64,000 nt of DNA from assembly GCA_965285935.1 (NCBI GenBank), contig OZ260663.1, positions 56,544,001-56,608,000 on the forward strand, given 5' to 3'. The position numbers and the translations under genes are program-made. This document shows, piece by piece, positions 12,437-25,460 of this stretch (position 1 is its first letter; every line of letters starts with the position of its first letter). The notes beneath the pieces were generated by a model. The model had not been told where the DNA came from and made no database searches. It saw only the letters and a list, made by a program, of their open reading frames with translations. Source of the stretch: Ophelia neglecta (lineage: Eukaryota).

Positions 12437-12760
12437 TTTACAACCAACCTAAAATTATAGGAGAATCAATTTCACATAATCCATTGGAAGTGACGTATCC
12501 TACCTTCATTGGTAGAACCGCTGGTTAGCGTCATTAGCCAATGTATGTTGATTGGCCGAAGCTAATGTGATGCTTAAAGTGGTAGCTGGTGACGTCACAC
12601 ATAATGGTGAGCATTACGTGTTGTGTTGACAAATCAGCAGGCATCGGATTATGACGCTAACTGGCCTGGTCTACCAATGAAGGCCCGACACGTCACTTGC
12701 AATTGATTATATGAAGACGGTAATTGAAATTTGATTGTATAATTTTAGGATGGTTGTAAA
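12437..12760. mobile_element. Foldback (fully palindromic) MITE-like element
   Basis: Left arm tttacaaccaacctaaaattata...cataatccattggaagtgacgtatcctaccttcattggtaga...ttagcgtcat is the approximate reverse complement of right arm atgacgctaa...tctaccaatgaaggcccgacacgtcacttgcaattgattatatg...tataattttaggatggttgtaaa. Confidence 0.85.
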
Positions 12761-13149
12761 CATACACGTTTATCGTTATGTGCATATATATGTTACTAAA
12801 TCAAATTGAATGTTGGACGTATAAGCAATGGAATGTTAGTGGCATCTAATAGCTGAGAGTGTTTAATCAGTGCGCCAGTGTTAAGTCAGACGTCTACACG
12901 GAGTGGCTCTTGCTACGACATTCGATTTTGAAGCACCAAGTAAATAAGGATTTCGGCAAAATAACGTTTTTTTCCTTATTTCTTGTCAATGCAATGACTT
13001 CAGAGGCCGATGAAGATATCGTGCCCTAATTTTATGACACCTTCATTGGCATCCACGAAAATCATCAAAGACTATCTAAACCAGATGAACAATTCAGTAT
13101 TAAAGTGAGAGAAACAGTACACCAATGAACAGACAAGGAATGTCAAAAG

Positions 13150-14350
13150 CGTTTAACGATAAGAATGAAAGTGAGTCATTTCGAGGAGATATACTAACAC
13201 AAGCCACCAGGAAGGTCGCGGAAATACATTGGACAGTGCGAACAAGGTTGATGACGACAGTCTTGAGGGATACCACAAAGTGGAACGAAAACATAGATCA
13301 GTTGGTTTCTACGTCGGTAGTGGGAAAGTAAAGTACGATGAAATCAAACATATGAACTATTTCGTCAAATAGCCTTTTTTTCTATGGTAAGAATGATAAG
13401 GGTGAATTTTTTAGATATATCATTTCAAGTTCAATGTTCCAAGTGTCAACGTTATGCAGGTCTTTTAATATGTTGACAACAAAATAGGAGATGATTTTAT
13501 TTTACCCCGTTTACAATTATTGTATCAATCACGTTTCTTTCAAAATGGCCTTGGGAGAAGTATTTTTGTTGATAATATAGGGGCAATTTCTGTCAGCAGA
13601 AGCCGAAACTAATGCACACTGCCAACCATTGTTAAAGGAAACCGGTCTGAATATTAGTCATATTTCATAACAATGTTCACTAATATAATCAAATGAGGTA
13701 TAGACGTTAGGAACATTAATGGCACCAGACAATTTATTGCTTTTTAGGTGAAAACATACAGCAAACATAAGATATCAACACAAATCTCATCGTTTTGTCT
13801 GAATGGAAATCTCTTAAAAAGGAAATAGTAATAATGCACACATACATCTAGACGTGTATGTTTAACCAAGCAATCGAAGATTATTTCGACACGTAGGAAA
13901 ATATATGATATAGAACACAATGGGATGCAAGCAACAGGTGGTAAACTTCACGGCTTTTCAGTTAATGGACGCAATTGTGATTAATGTACTAATGCCGTCC
14001 GGAAAGCCATATAATCAGTGATCATGTTGACGAATGAGTTGACTAAGACGGCGAATGTACACTGTTCAATGGTTCAATGATGTCAAAACTATATCTCAAA
14101 TATAATACAATGCGGTTCAATGTTGTATAGGTAACAGCGAAACTATTGTCGTTGTGTCCCAAAGAGGGCGATATTTAAGCTTTGTACGCATATTACTGCG
14201 TGGAAGCAAATTCCAACGTCCTTTATTATATCATTAACCATTTATTGGATCATTTCATAGTTTTCGTAAAATGTTGATATTTGACGGTACATGACATGAT
14301 TTGGACCCAAACAATTTCACTGGGACAACTAAGTGTACACACAAGACGTG
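13150..14350 (+). mobile_element. Highly decayed CR1/L2-group LINE 5' part (ORF1 end and APE start)
   Basis: GYHKVERKHRSVGFYVG (~13270-13318), KWP (~13545), RNING (~13710), NLIVLSEWK (~13785); order fits ORF1 then APE, but each match is weak. Confidence 0.3.
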
Positions 14351-17300
14351 CATCACAAGATTCTTTTCTTGTCAAAAATGCTCCTAATATAAAATACAGA
14401 AGAAATTCTAACCCCGGAATTCCAACATGAACATAATACAAATCACCGCTCATGCGCAAGCCCAAGTTACTTATAAAGCTGCCAACAGATGTCAGACTGC
14501 AAGTGTGTTCCCTTGTAGGCTGGGTTCAAGTGCAATGTTTGGGCTATTTTCCCTCTATGGTTTATTCATCCATTGGAGCTTTGTTCTGTATGGTCAATTT
14601 GTATATACCTGTACCAGTTTTTCTGTTCCCCTATCTGATATAATACAAATGCTTTATAGGCCTTGCGTTTCTTTAACAAGGTTCATACCCTGGGGGCTTC
14701 AAATCATTGACTATTGGACATGAACAGGTTTCGGATTTTAAAATATATTGATTAAAAACAAAGATGCTGGGGATTGGCGGTCGAGAAAACTGAGACTATT
14801 GCACAACACTTGCCTTGAACAACCCTTGATATTACCCTCTGCCTAACCGTTACATGTACCCCAACCCGAGTCGTAACCCTCCTGTACATACAACAAAAGC
14901 GTTCGCTTTGTCAATTTGTCAATTTCATTAAATTCATTCATCAGGACCGAACTACCAGTTGGAAAGTTTAAAACTGATCAGGATTCTTCGCAGATTTTTC
15001 CTCCGGTCCCCAGAAGAGAGCATAAAGCAAATGCTTATAAACTTTTTTTTCCGGCAATTAACATATGGGGCTTTCGCACCCTCCGTGCATGGCGAATGGC
15101 TGTACCTCAAAACTGCGACCTGCATCATATTGTAGCTGATGCCTCGAAGATGTAGATAGGTTGTCTTCTGATCATTTGTCATAGGATTAAATTTACCTAC
15201 CGGATTCCAATCCCTGCTTTTATTTTCAAATAAAATGTTTGATATTTCAACGAACATTTTGTGTGTAGATACACGTAATTAATCATTTTTCAATGATGAA
15301 GGGAAACATGCGCAAAATATGAAAGAAAACCTCAAAAAAGGGATTCAGACTGAATATGTGAATCTAAAACCTAATGCAATTCTGTACAGGTTAATATACA
15401 ATCTAAACACTTTTCTTTTCACGTCCTGAATTCCACAATAATTTGCGAAACATATAAGTATATAAAAAAAAAGTAGTGAACGCAAACAACCGATTCATGT
15501 ACACCCAAAATTAGCTAACCGCCACTTTTGACCCCTCGAGAACTACTTCTCAACACATATATATGTATGCCAAAGGCAATTATTCTAAGACAACTGTAAT
15601 CATCAATTGAACTATGATGGCCTTATAATCAAGTCATGACAGCACTCATTAATAAATAAATTTCATGGAGACTATTCACATACAACCTTTATGTATGCAA
15701 CCTTTTGATATGGCAGCGATCTGTCGCAACTAGTAAAGGACATGATGTGTCACCGCCTCCTTTCTTATATAGATATGAATATGATTATAATATATTTGGA
15801 AAGCTAAGAAAGAGACCTTTTGCGTGGTGTAATCCATTCTTCCCTAATCCATTCGTACCCAGGTAAAACAACCACACAAACATTTTGGGAATTTTGAGAT
15901 TATATATCGACATATTTCAGCGGACACACGAGGGGGGCCATGATACATGTATGTGGCCATATTATGTTTAGTTACGTAGGGTCAGGTTCTCTCTGAAAGT
16001 GTGAGGAACCAGTAACGTTACTTAAACTCTGAAACTTTAGCCCTGATACTGCATATTCGTTAAAAAAAGCAACTTTGCGGTTGGAAAAGGTGTACACACC
16101 ATGAGATCAATCTATTATTAAAAGGATTGAGTGCCAACACTTTCAGATTTATTACAAACATGATCATCTCCCCCCCCCCCCATCCCCATCCACCGTCATT
16201 GAAAATGGGTATTATTAGACCAAGCGTGTCATTCTTCGCTTTAAATGCAGAACAGACATATCTTCTTGCAACTTTAGTTGTTTCAGCTATTTTAACGATG
16301 CAATGTTCTAGCAATAAAGCTTCGTCCATAATACTTCGTTTATTTTTGGATCACCTTGAGCGAGGTTGACTGATGATGTTATCACGCCTATATGTTGATT
16401 AAGCAAACCGTCGAGTTCCATAGTTGGTGGCTAATGAAGACACATCGCTGTGTAATATGCATCGTCTATCAGTTTAAATTAGCAGCAAAGAAGTTATTAA
16501 CTTAGACAAAGCATTGCCAGAAAAAAAGCAATATTCTGCAAGGTTACAATTTGGCTCACAATTCACCATCGAATTAACAAATAGTGTGGGCGGGATTTTG
16601 GTGTTATTAAAAAACAGAAAATCCCATCAACCTTTTTTTTTTTACCAAACATTGCCAAACCTTTTCTGCAAAATCCAATCGTAAATAAAGAGGTGAATCC
16701 TTGAGATAATTAATATTGCAGTGTACACTTGCACTACAACGTTATCATGCTACAAAGATTGTCACTCAAATAAAACCATATGCCCCAAAAAAATAACGCC
16801 TTTGTCCCCACTTTCGCCGAAAACTGCGAGGAAAATAAATTATTGATAAAACAACGAAAACATTGAATGAATTGTGATTTGATACTAAAGTTGCATATAA
16901 TGCAACTATATTGGTATTCAGTAGATGCCACATGACTTATATTGGTTTTAAGTAGTTGATGTTGTTTATATTTTTGGTTTTTAAAAACTGCAAAAATAAC
17001 AAAATATTAAACCACATAGTCGCATTTAAGACTCTCGTCATTGTTAAACATAATTTGGGAACAATTCGAACAAATGTAGATATTAAGATAAACGGACTAG
17101 TAAATCAGTTTAGAGACTTATATGGCATACTCCTCATTAAAAAACCCAGTGAGCTGTCAAACCAGAATTGACAAGGAAAACCTGCATTGTCTAAAACCTG
17201 CTTTGTGCCTAAAGAGTGTTATTTATTTGGTCAAATGATTTGTCAGTGATATTTTTACGTTACTGTTATAAGTGTGATACTGTTACTATTACCTTTATTT

Positions 17301-19589
17301 ATGAAATTATGTTTTGTGTCAATGTTTTAATTATATATGTTACTCATATATTCGCCAGTCGACTAAACGCCGTTGTTAAATTTGTGATACACAATCATAC
17401 CTTAATAACTTTTGCATGTGTAACTAACGGTTGGTGCTGATTTCTGGTAGATTTAGTGGATTATTCCTGAATTGAATAGTATACATTTTTTTTGCATTCC
17501 GGGTATAAATACCCGTTTTGTTAATTGATTTATGTCGACTATGAAAACATTTTTTCTATATAGCTTATCTAGCGAAACAAAAATTATTATAGGCGTATAC
17601 ACCAATTCCGCATGAAATTTTGACCGGCTTAAAAGTGCCTGCTTCAATAATACAGTTGCCATATACTGGTACACCCGTCAACCTGCAGGACAAAGTGTAC
17701 TAGTTAATGTCCTTCTGAGAATTTATCACAGGACGTTTTACTATGACAATAAGGGTCGGCGGACACTTTTTCCTAATTTGCCTGCAGTATATTAGCTGAA
17801 CTTCACTTCGCTATAGCTACTGCCCATGAACTTCATCACCCTTGGTGCATTATTCAAAATAATTTTCTATAATAAAGGCAATTTTTTGTGACTGGCTTCT
17901 CTTATAATAGTTAGGTTTCAAAAACATCAGGCGAGGATTGCGGTAGGGAGTGTGGAGTGGCGATGGAAGTTAATTTTCTATCTGCGCAAATTAGATTTTC
18001 CTCTTTCCAAAGCTGCACATTGCTTAATAAATCAATTAAGGCATATTATAAACACTTATCTGTGTGCATGGTTTTCTGTCTCTCTACAAATTATGAAATC
18101 CACCAATGCGAGAACTGCTATATGATTTTCAATTGTTCAGCGCGGTCATCTTAATTAAACACGCTCCTTATTTTTCCCTTGTTTGTTGTCTGACTCCTTG
18201 ATGTCGACTGGCCGGGCGCTCTGTAAACCGACAGAGGCCAAGGAACAGTGCGAGACGTCCCGCTACAGGGCATCAGATCCTTGATCATACTATTGCTGAT
18301 GTGTATTACGTATGAAAACATTTGACCTATAGCTTACATTGAAGGAAACATGCCCTCACATAATATTTCAAACAAGCAGTTCACATTTAAAACAACCCGT
18401 GGCATTTAGCTAGGTGTTAGTTCCTTACATCATAGGTTTGAGCCATAATATTTAATCACACCAAGAACCTGTGAGGTGATGACGTTAACAACACAGAACA
18501 TTTATGTCAGGTTTATATATTTGGCTGAAAATAGATTCCTCTCTGACCGATTGACATTTACGTCTGTTAAAGGTTTAGCTGCAGTGTATTTCCTACCTAG
18601 TTCTTAACTGTACTACAATGACCAAAACCCCACAAGCACAATGAATATTGGAATCCACTATAAATAATAGGTTAAAAGTCGAACGTAGGGCAGGGTGATA
18701 GCCAGCACTCGTCATGTTGTGCTTTTTTCAAAACCCTTGATCATGAAGACGAGTGAAGACGATTAATGATTATGATAAATAATCCGAAATAAATGCCAAC
18801 GCTAAATAAAAGGTAAAATGGAAACTCAAAATAGAAACATTTGCAGCAACCACATAATAAGAATATGAATGATGTTTCAAGAATACATTCACATTAACGT
18901 GGTATGATATAATGTAATGGGGGGTAAGGGGTAACTTATTATAATGTATATTTTATTTTGATTTATAGCTTTAGTCAGTCAATATCATAACAATTATTAT
19001 CCAAGTCCCTTGTAATTGCCTTTGTTTTGCTAAGACCAAGTTAACCATCCATGGTCTGTTTTTACATCTATTCCAGTGGATGCATTCAGAAGCAACGACA
19101 AGCTTCAGTATGACATTTAGCGGTTTTCACATCCTTCTGTTCACATTGGTATACAGCTTTTTGTGAATACAGAGCATTTTTCGGTTCCTGATCTATGCTG
19201 AAAGAACAAATTAACTTCAGCAATCTTCAAAGAACTACTATTTAAAGAAATCTGCTGTATAAACTAACTAACCCTATATACATACACACATATTATCAGT
19301 AGCTGTATTTCCTTCTTTGGCAGAAATATGTATGGATTTAGGAAATAAATAATTCTATAGAGGTAATAACGGTAACAACATAATCTAAATCCGTAAATGG
19401 TAAACCTTCTATGATAATCCATCACCAACTATTATAATTGTATACTTGGTAATACACACATGTCTTATTTGAGATTACTAGTATATTCTAGAAGCCGATG
19501 TATTCACTTTTATAAGTATAAGCTAATTTAATATGATTATTGAGCAGTTTGGGCATTTAAACCAGATATCGGGTGCGATTTAAAACAAC

Positions 19590-20110
19590 ATTCCTAAGCA
19601 TCGTGCAAGTAGTCGGATTTCCGTGAATTGGCCTGGTAAAGTGTCACCAAGCATCAACAGAACATGATCGCTCTTTTCTAGGTCAAGGACTCACGCTAGA
19701 CCTTTATGGTAGGAAAGCATGGGTATGATTAACAAGAAAGTAGCCTCCTCGGTCTTCGAAAATGAGCAAGTCATCTAAAGTGTCCAGCAAGTCACCAACT
19801 AAATGACCACAATAAATACTTTGTTCATTTATCATTTATCAACGTGTATTGTATACATACAATCTGAGCTGGAGTTGGCATATGAAATGTAAATGCGGCA
19901 TGTTTCTAGGTATTCCCCAAATGATGTTTCCTTTAGTTTTCCAATGTGGTCATGGGTGTCAATGGGCTATAACATAAAGGACCTTCGAAGGGACTTGTTT
20001 TCCTGCAACGTAGATCTGCTGGGCACAGTGTGTTCTTGTTATTGGACAAGGACGCTTCTCTGTACAAGTTCACAAAAGCCCTAGACCCGTATGACACAGT
20101 ATCATTTTGC
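19590..20110 (-). mobile_element. Degenerate I-group (Nimb/Ingi-like) LINE APE endonuclease fragment
   Basis: LQENK (~20000) then CGHLVGDLLDTLDDLLIFEDRGGYFLVNHTHAF (19810-19715), resembling the G..IEDLL...DL.LLND.SPT motif. Possible ORF1 remnant at 20350-20800. Confidence 0.45.
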
Positions 20111-22605
20111 TGTAGCCGTGTCCAGGAAACAACCGTACCCGTTAGTAACGGTAACTGGCCCTTCAAATGATGGTAGACACATTCCGTTCATTCCCAGAGT
20201 TAGTTCCATCAGAGTGCTTACTTGCTCCTATCGGCATTATGAGATTGCGGTCGGAAGCTATTGTCTTATCGTGTCAGCCATGTAGGACTAGCTCCCATAG
20301 CTGGTATATATCTGGTAGTATAGTTGCCCTGTATGATTAAATTTATTATTGTCACGGTAATGCTTTTTTCTTTTTTTCATTTATATTGTAGCAATAACTT
20401 TTCTATTAAGGATTTCTGGGACGCTTGCATGTTTAAACATGGTCATTTAGAGGATGCAAAGTTTGTTGAGCAGCACATCACAACCATATTTATATATTCG
20501 TTAAGCAGAAGTTCGTGGCCCCAGAGCATTTTTTTTTTTTTTTGTATATATATCACGCGTTCGTCTCCTACCCAATAAAAATATATTATTACTATCGGTT
20601 AGGAGGTGTTTTATATCGAAAAGTATTTTCACCGTTTTCTCGTCTGCAGATTCATAAAACGAAAGGTCTTCATGTGGCATTAAAGGTCTACTTATCGGAT
20701 TTTCCCAAGTTTTTGTCAAAGCCATCTTCGATTCCCAGAACTGTCTCGTTAATTTTTAGTTCCAACTAGAATGACCTGGTAGAAGGTTGTCCATATAAAT
20801 AGGAGGTTGTGGTCTGGCATAGGTACTTTGGACATTTGAGGTTTTCCTGTGTATGATTATTTTCTGACTTATTTGGCACTTTTACTCCTCGCACATATCT
20901 TTCCGAAAGCATCACTATTTTTATGTGAATACAATATTAACAATAACAATATAAATGAAATCAACATGCAGGTGTATATTTCTTTATTCTACTGAGAACA
21001 ATTAATGTTAAAAACAAATTGTTTCACAAGCAAGGTTTTCTTTGACTGCTATTTTAAACAATGCACATAGGAGGTTCTCAACCAGTGTTTTGTCGAGTCC
21101 TGCCAAATTGGTACAAACTAAAGCTAATTTGATTGGCTACGGGAATGCCTAGTGCACCAAGTATAAGAAGTATAAATCGAAAGTTCCAGATCCATCCGGA
21201 TAAATCGATATAAGATGTTTTGACACGTCGACGAGTAAATACAATCGAGATATGAGCAATATATAAGAGATTTATTAACTGATGCACTCTGTTCTATAGA
21301 ACATTAACCGTTTTCAATATTGGCCATTTATATGAATGGTTACATTTAATGATATCCTTAATTATCTGAACTCCACAGGGTTCTGCTTAACAAGCTTACA
21401 TGGCATCTAAGTTGGTTACAATTGGGGATCCAGAGAATTGCGGAATTGGCAAAAAGTGTAAGAGAAGATAAAGAGGAACAATAAAACATCATAAGGGATA
21501 GACGCACAACATATTAAGGCAATTTGATTCTTTCAATATGTCTGGTAGCGACCATTTGTTGTTTAATAGTTTACAACGTGCTGATGTTACGGTAAATGTT
21601 GTAGCAACAAACCATGCAAACAATTATTTTCTTTTCATAAGTCATCAATTTTATTTTATTGGTGGTTTGTATATTTGGTTTAATCGATACAGCATGCTGA
21701 CATGTTTTTTCCATGTGGTTCACGATTAAAACCTCTATTTTAGTTTTAATTAATAGTACCTGAAATACCTGAAGGCAAGGTTGGCAGGATATGTTGCTCA
21801 GGAGATCGGTATTCGGCGATGCATTGTCGGAGCTTTCCACTAATTCAGAGAGACATTTGAGAAGTGTTGTGGCACCAGGCAACACGTACTGCACTGCAAT
21901 ATTGCAGTGTTAATATCTGGCCTCTTGAGTAACATCTGCTGCTTGGGCCATTCCCTGCTAAGGCCAATGGACCTATGAAGAACTTCGTCACAGATTGGAG
22001 CCTGCTCTATCTGAGATGATTCTCTTCAGGGAACTTCACCTGCAATTTAAGGCCTAGCCTTGTCGTAGTCATCAAAGAAAGCACATTATTTAAGTGTCTT
22101 GCTCTATTTTCTTCATGTCAGAAGCTTATTTGAATGTTTAGTACTGTGTTGCACTATGGCCAATTTTTAATTTGTACAGATTGAATCTTATTTAGTGTTC
22201 GAGTAGTAGTGTATGTGAAATGCGGCAGAATTGTATTCCACAACCTCAAGGGTCCGTTAACGCCAAGCGGAAGGTTAAATATTTAAATCTACCCCCAATG
22301 TATCGAATTTGTTATTGGTCCAGTCAAACCAATTAGGTTCAACAAGGATGCTCGCAGTTTTGTGTTATGACGCAGCACACAAGGTTGAAAGGTTTATTCA
22401 TTCTGAAGAAAAAAAAACGTACTAATAAACTGTATTATTTCTGCTTAATAGGGCGGGCCATCATCCTTCGGTCAGGGGCCATGTGCTTTACTCCTTAACT
22501 CGAAATAGATACATCAGAGCATGTTGTTAGGTGCACGTTTTCAGTCAGAGATTTCCAGAGTTTATCCTCAGGGGGGAAGTAGATGTCAGCCGTGTATAGT
22601 CCGTT

Positions 22606-22628
22606 GGGGGGCGGGGGGGGGGGGGGGG
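22606..22628 (+). repeat. Poly-G tract (G-quadruplex-capable)
   Basis: G6-C-G16 run within a G-rich segment (22570-22710). Confidence 0.9.
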
Positions 22629-24659
22629 CGTATGGCATGGTAATGCCCAGGGGTGGGTCTTTTATGATGTCAGGTGTATGAACGCTGGGGAAAAATATGC
22701 TGGGGGCAGTGACATCATTGTCTTTCACGGTTGTATTGCTGGTCCATGCACCAAATAGAAAACATGCATAAAGTCAGATTCAAAGGCAAAACCCTAATCA
22801 TAAGCTTATCCCATTGTCCGAGTACAAATGTACATCTAGGGACAGTGAGCTAGGCTACTAGCAGACCTGCTACATGGCATTGTCTACCGATGGCATTTAT
22901 TCATGCAAGTTTACTATCTACTTTATCAAATTTGAAGAAGTTTTGCGACACACAATGTCCTCTACCGGTAATTAGAAATATTCTCATCTGACAACGGTAA
23001 ATCCAGACAGAATCTTAATGTTTATTCACTATAGCATCATTTTTCTTGTCAACATATTAATGAAGAATGTATATGTTGATTGTTTTTTTTTCCTCCACTC
23101 AATGAGAGCATTGCATTCAACACAGTAATTCAAACAATCTTAAAACAAATATTTATGTAGAGGGTTAAATATATATACAACAATAATACCGATGCCTACA
23201 TGCCAGCGTCCAGTGCAATCCTTCTGTTGATATTGGCTAAATCAAACATCTTTACACCTTTTTCTTAAGTGTTATTTTTAACGCGTTCTATTTCTATAAT
23301 ATTCATCAACCGATCATCAATATATAAATATATATATATATACCACTTACTAGTCCTGTTCATTTAATACAGCGGATTAAATATAAGTTGGTTGACTTCA
23401 TGCGATGAGTAGTGTCGTGTTCAGAGAAAACTGATCTATGTAACGGCCATTTTGAAAAAAAAAACACTGGAGTTAATACCCGGCAGACAAAGCCACCTCA
23501 TTAAAATCAACTGCCTACTGGTGGGAGTTGAAGTTTGAATACGTCACCACAATGTGGTACAAGTACACTTTGTTTATTCGCTAAGTTGTTTTCAATTATT
23601 TCCGTAAAGCCTGGGAGCCGCCATGAAAAGCAAATGAAATAGACCTCAAGTTTATTTTATCATATAAGATTCAGTGTGGGAATTATATAATTATATGTGT
23701 AGCTGGTTATACTCTGAATACGAGTCAGACTTCTTGCAACTGATTGATAAGTCTATAAACTTCACCCAAACAGTATTCTACGTGCATGGTTTAAATTTTC
23801 TTTTGTCAAAGATACATTGTGGGATAAACAACTATTGTTCCGGTGAAACATACACCAAATCCCACAACATATCACAATCGTCGACTTCCATCCACCAAAT
23901 TTAATCGGAATAGTATTCTTTGTGCCCAGACGCACATACACACCCAGACACACAGAGAAGATACAATCTTTGCTATACTAAGTAATGATTATGTTAAAAA
24001 TGGAATTCATTTGGTGATATACTTTGGGGCCTGACAAATATGATTCTGGACTGCATGTAGTTGATGTACTGTGTTTATCTTATCGTCTTCTCGAAAACAC
24101 AAAAGCAGTTTCCCTTAAATTGAAAGTTGCTATAAAGACATAATCATGCGGCCTTCATATGATGTTTAATCTATATTCTCAAATAAAAGGAAGAATGCTA
24201 TTGGTTGTAACCTCTTCCAAATATATCAGCAGCAAACATATGTCACAGTTGTACCTTTGATTCACTTGTTTGTTTCAACAAATAAAGAATTTCCTAGATT
24301 CAATCCCGGAAAAGTCTGCTTATTTCGGGCAGATCGAAAACCTCGGTGGGTTGATCATAAACTCGAACTTGCAAGGCGATTGTGTTTACTCCTATTATCT
24401 TGTTTTGTGTCAGGGTGTAAGTTTAAGTTTATGTACGTCCAAGACGTGTACTAACCTTAGCATTGACAGTATTGTTTAATGACCTGTCACTAGTTAAGTT
24501 TATAGTGGAGTGTCAGATACCAAACAAATGACGTTCATTTAAGTTTGGGAATAGGTGGCCCGTGGGTTACCCATTGGGTCCATTTAATCATACGAGCTAT
24601 ACTAGCACTACCTATGACCCAATGCTGATCATGTATCAAGGTTACCCACGCCCTGAACA

Positions 24660-24880
24660 TAGACATCTCCAATGTACTAATAGCCTAGCGTTGGATTGTG
24701 GTTCTGTTAAGAGTGTTTCGGTGGAATTCTTGATCGTTTTGTAGTCCAAAACAGGTCGGATTGAATGATGGATGATACCAATAGGAGCGGTGGAACATCG
24801 CTAAAACCATTGGCTGATAACTGTGGTGTCCCGGCCCTGTATCGTTCTGATCAAATGGAAGTGTCTAATATGGAGTCCAT
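24660..24880 (-). mobile_element. Decayed LINE RT C-terminal fragment (I-group-like)
   Basis: SDVPPLLLV then SIRPVLDY across a frameshift, like W.S...LL.LY..LIRP.LDY. Confidence 0.3.
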
Positions 24881-25381
24881 TAAGCACGGTTTTTCTGATT
24901 ACTAATTTTCAAAATAAGAGTATTGTTCACTCGGTAATACTTTTCTACAGTCCAAAATATAGGCTTTATTTTCAGCAAAACATTTTATATTCGGCAAAGA
25001 CAAATAATATCTGCTAATTAAGCCTAATATGAAATAATAACTTACGAACTTAAGATATTGTACATTGTACAATGTAAAGGTTAAGGGGAACCGCACACCT
25101 TGACGCATAACCTTCCTTCGCCCAGTTGTTTAAAAGTACCGCTGCCATTGATGATGGTTTGTATGGTTTTGTGTGTGTGGGTGGGAATATGCTATTGGTC
25201 ATGTTTTGAAAGTTAAAAGATTTTTTGATTATGATCCTTTTTTAAAATATCTCACTAGACAGAATGAATATAAAGAAACTTTGAGAGAGAAAAGATACCA
25301 GAAACACTGACAGAGAAGTGTCATTCGATTGGATATTGATGTTTCCTTGATCTAAGGAGGGTCACTAGAGTAAGGTCGTGT

Positions 25382-25460
25382 ATTGCAGGTGACGTGTCCT
25401 GCCTTCAGTGGTAAATCGAGCCAGTTCGCCGCATAAGCCAATGTCTGTTGATTGGGCTAA
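25382..25460 (+). mobile_element. Single arm of the 12437-12760 foldback family
   Basis: attgcaggtgacgtgtcctgccttcagtggtaaatcgagccagttcgccgcataagccaatgtctgttgattgg aligns with both arms of the 12.4-12.8 kb element. Confidence 0.75.

Noticed and set aside
22495-22728. Proline-rich ORF
   Set aside because: The poly-Pro simply reflects the poly-G tract; no other coding evidence.
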